Source: a virus
Length of the DNA stretch: 41,698 nucleotides
IMG/VR virus record: IMGVR_UViG_3300045988_115336
Location: 1 to 41,698 of that record
Strand: one strand, 5' to 3'
The position numbers and the translations under genes are program-made. Below are positions 35,148-41,698 of the stretch, piece after piece; position 1 is the stretch's first letter; each line of letters opens with the position of its first letter. The notes under the pieces are model-generated. The model was not told where the DNA came from, did no database searches, and worked only from the letters and a program-made list of their open reading frames with translations.

Positions 35148-35179
35148 GTTGTGTAAAAATATAGAAAGGAGTGGTATTA

Positions 35180-35683
35180 ATGGCTAAATTAACAGCTAAA
35201 CAAAAGAAGTTTGTAGAAGAATACTTGATAGACCTTAATGCCACTCAAGCGGCTATTAGGGCTGGATATAGTCCGGATACAGCAAAAGAAATTGGCTGCG
35301 AAAACTTAACGAAACCTAACATAAAAGCTGAAATAGACAAAGCTATAGCAGAGAGAAGTCGAAGGACGGGTATTAATCAAGATAGAGTTTTAAGGGAATT
35401 AGCAAAGATAGCATTTGTAAATCCTGGAGATGTCATAAATTTTGATGAAGCTACAGTAAAAAGTGATGCAAAGGAAGATGATTTAGCAGCTATAGCAAGT
35501 GTAAAAATAAAAAACATACCAACAGAAGATGGTGAAATAACAGAAAGGGAAATAAAATTATGCGACAAGCTAAAAGCATTAGATTTACTCGGTAAACATC
35601 TAGGCATATATGACAAACATGAAGCAAAGGATAGAAATTTAACAATAACAATAAATAAGGCAAGTGAAAAAAATGGAAATTAA
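35180..35683 (+). CDS. terS: Terminase small subunit
   Basis: [14 protein letters not shown]...[12 protein letters not shown] matches the Terminase_2/P27-type N-terminus. The ATG after AAGGAG is preferred over the GTG at 35171. Confidence 0.85.
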   Translation: MAKLTAKQKKFVEEYLIDLNATQAAIRAGYSPDTAKEIGCENLTKPNIKAEIDKAIAERSRRTGINQDRVLRELAKIAFVNPGDVINFDEATVKSDAKEDDLAAIASVKIKNIPTEDGEITEREIKLCDKLKALDLLGKHLGIYDKHEAKDRNLTITINKASEKNGN

Positions 35684-36947
35684 TATAACTTGCAATGATC
35701 ACTTTGAAGATTTTGTTTTAGATTGGAACTATAAATTTTATTTTCTTGTTGGCGGTTATGGTAGTTCTAAAAGTTATCATGTGGCCCAAAAGCTGCATCT
35801 GAAATTATTGCAAGAAAAGAGATTGGCATTAGTTGTAAGAGAAGTGTATGACACTATACGAGATAGCTGCTTTTCACTTTTACAAGACGTAGCAGTGGAT
35901 ATGGGCATATACGATATGCTTAAATTTAAGACATCACCAATGCAAGTAACGTATCCTAATGGGAGTAAGATAATTTTTAAAGGTATGGATAAGCCAGCTA
36001 AATTAAAATCTATCAATGGAGTATCTATTATATGGGTTGAAGAATGTTCCGAGGTTAAATATGAAGGATTTAAAGAACTTTTAGGGCGTTTAAGACATCC
36101 TACACTTAGTAATCACATTATACTTAGTGAAAATCCCATAGAAAAGGCTAACTGGACCTATAAGCATTTTTTTATTGATGAAGAGAATGATAAAAAAATA
36201 CTTGATGATGAAAAACTTTATATCGAAAGGATTATAAAAACTAATAATACATATTATCATCATTCTATTTGTGACGATAATTATTTTCTACCTCAGGACT
36301 ATATAAAAGAACTTGATAACATGAAAGAATATGACCCGGATTTATATAGAGTAGCTCGCCAAGGAAGATTTGGCATAAATGGAACCAAAGTATTGCCGCA
36401 ATTTGAAATGATGGACCACGATTTAGTTATGGCTAAAGTAGGTTCTATACCTTCTAGATTTTATAGAGCTGGTATGGACTTTGGATTTGAAACTTCATAC
36501 AATGCATTAGTTAGAATTGCTATAGATGATGTGAATAAAGATTTGTATATTTACTGGGAATATTATAAAAATCATATGACAGATGATAAGACTGCTAAAG
36601 AAATAGATGAATTTAGAGTAAATAGAGAGTTAATAAGAGCAGATAGCGCTGAGCCTAAGACAATTAAATTTTATCAACAAGAAGGTTTTAAAATGATACC
36701 GGCTAAAAAATATCAAGGTTCTAGGCTCCAAAACACTAAAAAAGTAAAAAGATTTAAACATATATATTGCTCAACTAAATGTGTAAATGTAAAAAAAGAA
36801 TTAAAGGATCTAACATATAAGCAAAACGAAAAAGGTGAAAATATATATGATGAATTTAATATAGACCCTCATACTTTTAGTGCTATTTGGTATGCACTAG
36901 ATGGTTATGAGGTAGCAGATTATAAAAGACATTATCACAGCAGATAG
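35664..36947 (+). CDS. terL: Terminase large subunit (PBSX-like family)
   Basis: The Walker-A-like segment VGGYGSSKS, its size and its position. Confidence 0.85.
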   Translation: MKKMEINITCNDHFEDFVLDWNYKFYFLVGGYGSSKSYHVAQKLHLKLLQEKRLALVVREVYDTIRDSCFSLLQDVAVDMGIYDMLKFKTSPMQVTYPNGSKIIFKGMDKPAKLKSINGVSIIWVEECSEVKYEGFKELLGRLRHPTLSNHIILSENPIEKANWTYKHFFIDEENDKKILDDEKLYIERIIKTNNTYYHHSICDDNYFLPQDYIKELDNMKEYDPDLYRVARQGRFGINGTKVLPQFEMMDHDLVMAKVGSIPSRFYRAGMDFGFETSYNALVRIAIDDVNKDLYIYWEYYKNHMTDDKTAKEIDEFRVNRELIRADSAEPKTIKFYQQEGFKMIPAKKYQGSRLQNTKKVKRFKHIYCSTKCVNVKKELKDLTYKQNEKGENIYDEFNIDPHTFSAIWYALDGYEVADYKRHYHSR

Positions 36948-36962
36948 AAAGGAGGTTATAAG

Positions 36963-38384
36963 ATGCTTAATAGTTATCAAGAGTTTGTTACAGCAGAACT
37001 TACTGGATTATATGGCTCGGCAGTATTGCAAGAAATGAATCATATACTAAGACTATATGACATATACGAAGGCCGAGAAAACTTTATAGATAAGACAGAA
37101 GAAAAAGACTATACACAGACAGAAAAGAAAACAAATCTGATTAAGAAGCTTATAAAAGAAGAATCTAGATTTTTATTCGGTAAGACTCCAGAGTTATACA
37201 TTCAGCCTAAAAATGATACAGAAGTTGACAAAGATAAAGCCGAAGAAATAAATCTTTACTTAGGCAAGATACTAAAAGATAATTTATTCTCGGAGAAGCT
37301 TGTAAAAGGAGCTAGAGATTGTTTTATAGGTAAAAGAACTGCTATTAAATTATATGCTAATCAAGATACGAAAGAGATTAGAATAATGTTTTTACCTAGT
37401 TTAGAGTTTATATATGAAAGCGACGAAGAAAATCCTAACGAACTTAAAAAGATAATATTCTTCTATCAGACTAACAAGGAAGTTGAAAGAGATAAGCAAC
37501 GTATTTGGAAACAAAAGTATGAAATGATAGATGGAAGATGTATTCTTAATGAAGGGATATATAACGGTAATGGGGTATTAATAGAGCCTATAAATGTAGA
37601 TGTAGATTTACAATTAAGTGGTATTCCTTGCTATGTAATTATCAATGATGGATTAAGTGGAGACCCGTTCGGAGAATCTGATGTAAAAGAGTTACTAGAC
37701 AATCAAATCCAATACAACAGGCTATCGAGTGAAGATGTAGACACACTTAGAAAAGGTATGGATAGGATAATCTATGGAGTAGATATAGACCCAGAGGCAT
37801 CGGAAAACTTCAAGCTAAAGCCTGGAGCTTATTGGGATGTACCGACAGACCCTACAGCAGAAGGTAAACAAGCTACACTAGGTACAATACCAACAGACTT
37901 TGGTTATGGAGATAAAATAGAAAACTCTCTAAAACGTATCAAGTCAGATATGTACGAGATGTTAAATATTCCAATGTTATCAAATGATGAATTAAAAGGC
38001 ATGATGACATCAGGCAAAACTATGAAGGCGCTATACTGGCAACTTATTACTAGATGTGAAGAAAAGATGATGGCATGGCGACCTGCTTTAGAATGGCTAA
38101 TAAGAGCAATACTTGAAATTACAGAAGTATATCAAATAGAAAAATTACCGCAGCTTGATTACACTGTTACAGTAGAAAATAACTATCCTTTACAGGAAGA
38201 TGAAGACGAAGAAAAGACATTAGACTTGCAACAAGTAAATGCACAGGCTATGTCTAGAAAAACATTTATTAAGAAATGGCAAGGTGTTACAGATGATGTG
38301 GCCGATGCTGAAATAAGACAAATAGCACTAGAACGAGAAATGCTAGAAGAAAGCTATGTAGGAATGAGTGGTTCAGTTGAATAA
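36963..38384 (+). CDS. Portal protein (SPP1 gp6-like)
   Basis: 473 aa, directly after terL; family-like sequence. Confidence 0.8.
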   Translation: MLNSYQEFVTAELTGLYGSAVLQEMNHILRLYDIYEGRENFIDKTEEKDYTQTEKKTNLIKKLIKEESRFLFGKTPELYIQPKNDTEVDKDKAEEINLYLGKILKDNLFSEKLVKGARDCFIGKRTAIKLYANQDTKEIRIMFLPSLEFIYESDEENPNELKKIIFFYQTNKEVERDKQRIWKQKYEMIDGRCILNEGIYNGNGVLIEPINVDVDLQLSGIPCYVIINDGLSGDPFGESDVKELLDNQIQYNRLSSEDVDTLRKGMDRIIYGVDIDPEASENFKLKPGAYWDVPTDPTAEGKQATLGTIPTDFGYGDKIENSLKRIKSDMYEMLNIPMLSNDELKGMMTSGKTMKALYWQLITRCEEKMMAWRPALEWLIRAILEITEVYQIEKLPQLDYTVTVENNYPLQEDEDEEKTLDLQQVNAQAMSRKTFIKKWQGVTDDVADAEIRQIALEREMLEESYVGMSGSVE

Positions 38385-39270
38385 TAATTTTTTTAGACAA
38401 AAGAATAAAACTGAAAAAGAGATGACTAGAGAAATAAAAAAAGCATATAAGAGAGTAGCGAATAATCTAATTAAAAGATTGGCTCTAGTTAATCCAGATA
38501 CGATGACATATGACTATTTAAGACAAACTGCTAAGTATCTAGAAAAGGAATATAAGAAGCTTAATAAAAGACTTAATAAAGATATTGAAAAGGCTATTAC
38601 AAATACCGTAGAAGGCTACACACAAAGCCAAGTGGAGTTTTACAGTGATTTATGTAAACCTCTTTCTAGTAGCTTTGAAGATATGTTTAGCAAAGTGAAT
38701 AAACAAGTTTTAGACAATGTTATTACAGGGAAAATGTATGGAGATAACATAAAGCTTTCTGAAAGACTTTGGAGCAATCATAAAAGAACTGTAAAGAACA
38801 TAAACGATATACTCACAGATGGATTTATTAGTGGGAAAGGTAGTAAAGAGATAGCGAAAGACTTAGAGGTTTATTGTAATCCAGATTATAAAAAAGAATA
38901 CGATAAATTTACTATTCATCCTAAGAGTAAAAATAAGATTGAATTTAATAGTTATAGACTAGCAAATACATATATAAATCATGCGTACCAAGAGGCAACA
39001 AGGCAAAGTGCTAAGCATAATCCATTTGTAGAAAAAGTTGAATGGCTAAGCGGAACAGACGATAATGTATGCGATTTATGTAAAGAACGAAATGGAAAGA
39101 AATTTGATAAAAATAAAGTACCTTTAGACCACATATTAGGTAGGTGTACACTATTACCAGTTATAGAAGATGATTTAGAAGATATAGCTAGAGAGTTAAA
39201 AGACTGGGCTAATGGTGGTAAAAATGAAAAACTTGATAAATGGTTTAAAACATGGGAGGTTAAAAGATGA
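38368..39270 (+). CDS. Minor head protein (Mu F / SPP1 gp7-like)
   Basis: Follows the portal gene. The C-terminus has CDLC...G motifs. Confidence 0.7.
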   Translation: MVQLNNNFFRQKNKTEKEMTREIKKAYKRVANNLIKRLALVNPDTMTYDYLRQTAKYLEKEYKKLNKRLNKDIEKAITNTVEGYTQSQVEFYSDLCKPLSSSFEDMFSKVNKQVLDNVITGKMYGDNIKLSERLWSNHKRTVKNINDILTDGFISGKGSKEIAKDLEVYCNPDYKKEYDKFTIHPKSKNKIEFNSYRLANTYINHAYQEATRQSAKHNPFVEKVEWLSGTDDNVCDLCKERNGKKFDKNKVPLDHILGRCTLLPVIEDDLEDIARELKDWANGGKNEKLDKWFKTWEVKR

Positions 39271-39365
39271 TACCAGAATACTGGAATAGAGAAAGTTTTA
39301 GTAATTATGTTAGAAGAATGCAAGGAATAAGTAAAAAGACTAAATGGAAAAGAAATAGAAGATAG
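39267..39365 (+). CDS. Small basic peptide (32 aa), ATGA-coupled to the upstream gene
   Basis: Start overlaps the MuF stop codon (ATGA). Weak call. Confidence 0.3.
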   Translation: MIPEYWNRESFSNYVRRMQGISKKTKWKRNRR

Positions 39366-39374
39366 GAGGACTTT

Positions 39375-39725
39375 ATGAACGAACAACAATTTTTAGATTG
39401 GTGTAAAGATGAAATTGTAAAATATACTAATAATCACTTAGATAAATCAGACAATAAGCAAATAACAAAAGATGATGTGTTTATGGTTTGGTGTACTAAA
39501 GTTTTACAAAATAACAAAGCATTATTAAGTACAACTTTATTTGACGGAATGTATTATGAATGTACATACAACGGGGATAAAAAAGAAATGTACATAGATG
39601 CTTATAAAAAATGGGAGAATTACAAAGTTGAGAAACCTCAATCCGATGAAGAAACAGAAATAAAGTTTAAAGTAAATGACAAGGTTAAAGGAAATATAAT
39701 AAAAAAGTTTACTAAAGTTATGTAA
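39375..39725 (+). CDS. Hypothetical protein
   Basis: TAGGAGGA RBS. Confidence 0.55.
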   Translation: MNEQQFLDWCKDEIVKYTNNHLDKSDNKQITKDDVFMVWCTKVLQNNKALLSTTLFDGMYYECTYNGDKKEMYIDAYKKWENYKVEKPQSDEETEIKFKVNDKVKGNIIKKFTKVM

Positions 39726-39734
39726 GGGGGAAAT

Positions 39735-39881
39735 ATGAGAGATTTATTACTTAAAATAGGAGTGAAAATGGGCTGGGTTACAAGTCCAAGTATCTTATTT
39801 AACTTAGCAACATATGGTGAGAATTCACCATATTATAAAAGATACTATAAGAAGTATAAGAAAAGAATGAATAAGAGATAA
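39735..39881 (+). CDS. Small hypothetical protein (48 aa)
   Basis: AAGGGGGA RBS. Confidence 0.35.
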   Translation: MRDLLLKIGVKMGWVTSPSILFNLATYGENSPYYKRYYKKYKKRMNKR

Positions 39882-39899
39882 GGAAGAGATAGTATTTTT

Positions 39900-40004
39900 A
39901 TGGATGATAAATCAATAAAGGAATTAATAAAAATATTAGAAAAAATAAGTAATAGACTATGGTGGATAGCACTTTGGTTAGCACTTACATATTTTGGCCT
40001 GTAA
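39900..40004 (+). CDS. Small hypothetical protein with a hydrophobic C-terminus (34 aa)
   Basis: AGGAAGAG upstream. Weak call. Confidence 0.3.
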   Translation: MDDKSIKELIKILEKISNRLWWIALWLALTYFGL

Positions 40005-40107
40005 AGCCTTATTTTTATGTCTTTTTTTAGTTTACAGACGTAAAAGAATAAACTAAAAACTATATTCAAGATGCAGACTTGTAAAAAGTGTAGATATAGG
40101 AGGATAT

Positions 40108-40719
40108 ATGAATTTTAACGATATACTAAAATCACAAAATTTAACAGATGAACAAATAAATAACATTACTGCAAAGATGAAAGAAGAAAAAATATATACT
40201 ACATCTTTAGAAAATGCAGACGAACGATATACGAAATTAAAAGGCCAAAAAGCTGATTTAGATGAGCAGATAAAAACAGCAAATACAACTATAGAAGATT
40301 TGAAGAAAAATAATAAAGATAACGAAGCTTTGCAAAAGGCAATACAAGAACATGAAACGACTATAGAAAATCTAAAAAAAGAATCGGCTCAAAAGGATTT
40401 TAATTACGCATTAGATAGTGCATTAAAAGATAATAAATGCAAGAATGCTAAAGCATTAAAAGCTTTACTAGATTTAGATAATATAAAATTTAATGAAGGT
40501 AAATTAGAAGGCTTAGAAGGGCAATTAACTGCATTGAAGGAAAGCGATGGATATTTATTTGATACATCAAATCCAGCTCCAGGTAATACTGGTGGAACAG
40601 GCAATCATCCAAGAGTTGGCGATGGAGCAATAACAAAAGAACAATTTAATAAAATGACTTATAAAGAAAGAGTAGATTTATTCAATTCTAATAAAGAACT
40701 GTATGATCAATTAAAATAA
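40108..40719 (+). CDS. Scaffolding protein (GP20/DUF4355-like)
   Basis: Coiled-coil-rich, 203 aa, immediately upstream of the capsid gene; TAGGAGGA RBS. Confidence 0.75.
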   Translation: MNFNDILKSQNLTDEQINNITAKMKEEKIYTTSLENADERYTKLKGQKADLDEQIKTANTTIEDLKKNNKDNEALQKAIQEHETTIENLKKESAQKDFNYALDSALKDNKCKNAKALKALLDLDNIKFNEGKLEGLEGQLTALKESDGYLFDTSNPAPGNTGGTGNHPRVGDGAITKEQFNKMTYKERVDLFNSNKELYDQLK

Positions 40720-40734
40720 TAGGAAGGTGATAAT

Positions 40735-40894
40735 ATGTCAACAACAAAAATTGCAGATTTAATAAATCCAGAAGTAATGGCAGATATGATTTCAGCCAAA
40801 ATAGAAAAAAAATTAGTGGTTACACCATTTGCTAAAATAGATACTACATTAGTAGGGCAACCAGGAAATACTATAACAGTTCCACAATATGCGT
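40735..40894 (+). CDS. Major capsid protein, exon 1
   Basis: AGGAAGGTGA RBS. It encodes MSTTKIADLINPEVMADMI...GQPGNTITVPQYA, a conserved capsid N-terminus, and the frame hits TAA right after this point. Confidence 0.85.
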
Positions 40895-41172
40895 AAAAAT
40901 ATGCGCCTTTACATAGTGATATGTATTGCAAACCCTTTTAATTGCTGGAAACTCCTAAAGAGTTCATCTCACTTTAGGACAATCAGCAGCGAAGATTCAT
41001 TAAATATATATTTAATGAATAACGTTCAACGACTAGCCGAAAGGCGTACACCCAAGTGGGTGGAAATGGAGGGCAACTCAAGGAGTTGATGATATAGTCT
41101 AATCTATATAGTAATATATAGCAGTTCATAAGAGAACGATACAAGATTAACGACCTTGTATGAATGTAAATG
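40895..41172 (+). mobile_element. Group I intron MCP-i1 (278 nt, ORF-less)
   Basis: GCGU/GCGC forms P1 with a U.G pair. ACGACUA ... AUAGUC forms a P7-like pair. There are several hairpins, GNRA loops and a terminal G. Joining the exons gives PQYA|YIGDAVDVAEG. Confidence 0.85.
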
Positions 41173-41275
41173 ATATAGGAGATGCAGTAGATGTAGCAGA
41201 AGGTGTTGCAGCAGAAACAGTAAAATTAACTACTACTTCAACAACTGCTACAGTAAAAAAAGCTATGAAAGCGGT
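41173..41275 (+). CDS. Major capsid protein, exon 2
   Basis: It encodes (Y)IGDAVDVAEGVAAETVKLTTTSTTATVKKAMKAV. It has no start codon, and the frame is restored only by splicing on both sides. Confidence 0.8.
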
Positions 41276-41698
41276 AAATTAATTCTGCCGTCTTCTTTAG
41301 AAATAAAGAAGTAATAAATTAACCAAAATCGGTAAAGGCTAAATATTTTATTATTTATGAAATTGAATTAACGGACTAAGCACTCAATATGTTATAATAT
41401 TATTGAGGTGATTAAGTTGAAAAAAATATGTCAATGTTGTAATAAAGAGTATAATGCAAAACGAAGTTCTTCAAAATATTGTTCTAAAGAATGTCAAATA
41501 AAAGCTAGAACGAAAAAAGTTAAAGTACAATGTAGCTATTGTAAAAAAGAAATAGAACGTAAAGCTTGTCATATGAAATACGAAAAGCACTTCTGTAATA
41601 ATGAATGTAGAGGTAAATGGATGAGTGAAAATTTAGTAGCAGAAAACCATCCTAAATATATAAGAAAAACTGTAAAATGTGATTATTGTGGAAAAAAA
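41276..41698 (+). mobile_element. 5' portion of group-I-type intron MCP-i2 (continues at base 56 on the circle)
   Basis: The 5' splice site follows U41275, and GCGGU pairs with GCCGU at 41287-91. It contains the start of the HNH ORF. Confidence 0.8.
41417..41698 (+). CDS. Intron-encoded HNH endonuclease, N-terminal part (runs off the window; continues at 56..520)
   Basis: TTG start 6 nt after GAGGTG. MKKICQCCNKEY... has Cys4 modules homologous to 5569-6402. There is no stop codon before the window end. Confidence 0.8.
   Translation, partial: MKKICQCCNKEYNAKRSSSKYCSKECQIKARTKKVKVQCSYCKKEIERKACHMKYEKHFCNNECRGKWMSENLVAENHPKYIRKTVKCDYCGKK

Noticed and set aside
38979-39389. 136-aa minus-strand ORF
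   Set aside because: It is antisense to the MuF-like head gene and following ORFs, and is Ser/Leu-rich low-complexity sequence.
39845-40069. 74-aa minus-strand ORF
   Set aside because: It has no RBS and is low-complexity and hydrophobic. The plus-strand small ORFs with RBSs fit the operon direction better, though those calls are themselves weak.
40889-41089. 66-aa plus-strand ORF
   Set aside because: It lies entirely inside the group I intron MCP-i1 core, has no RBS, and has a junk-like composition.
1-41698. tRNA, rRNA, tmRNA, DGR or retron elements
   Set aside because: I saw no cloverleaf-like T-arm or anticodon-arm pattern, no reverse transcriptase ORF, and no template/variable repeat pair. 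A tRNAscan or Rfam run would be needed to exclude small RNAs formally.

Overview
The window is a complete, circularly closed genome of about 41.6 kb. Bases 1-55 repeat exactly at 41644-41698, giving a unit length of 41,643 bp. It is a temperate siphovirus-type phage of a low-GC Firmicute; the Clostridium-like host is inferred from AT richness and protein families. Almost all genes are on the + strand, in this order: terS/terL, portal, MuF-like head protein, scaffold and major capsid (35.2-41.7 kb, wrapping to 1.4 kb); head-tail connectors, major tail protein, tail chaperones, tape measure, Dit, a 1837-aa tail lysin and a BppU-type receptor-binding protein (1.4-18.4 kb); XhlA, holin and amidase (18.8-20.2 kb). 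Next come a minus-strand lysogeny module with a large serine integrase, a lipoprotein moron and a cI-like repressor (20.4-23.3 kb), then cro/Rha, RecT, DnaD-like, DnaC-like, VRR-NUC, ThyX and a late activator (23.5-34.8 kb). The most unusual feature is the load of selfish elements in essential late genes. By my reading, the major capsid gene is split into three exons by two group-I-type introns, and so is the tape measure gene. Two of these four introns carry HNH endonuclease ORFs. Three of them form one family with compensatory base changes in shared helices. All four predicted 5' splice sites follow a U that can pair as U.G with an internal guide sequence 9-12 nt downstream. All four introns end in G, and splicing restores conserved protein motifs in frame. 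There is also a free-standing HNH homing endonuclease between the tail chaperone and tape measure genes. A paralogous HNH gene is cleanly disrupted by a 1759-bp ISL3-family IS with 23-bp imperfect inverted repeats and an 8-bp target duplication. Other points worth a second look are a 2-nt frame break near the tape measure start, +1 geometry of the chaperone G/T pair, iterons inside the DnaD-like gene, a 46-bp dyad next to the integrase (attP candidate), and a structured leader before terS. All functional calls come from motif recognition by eye; no database searches were run.
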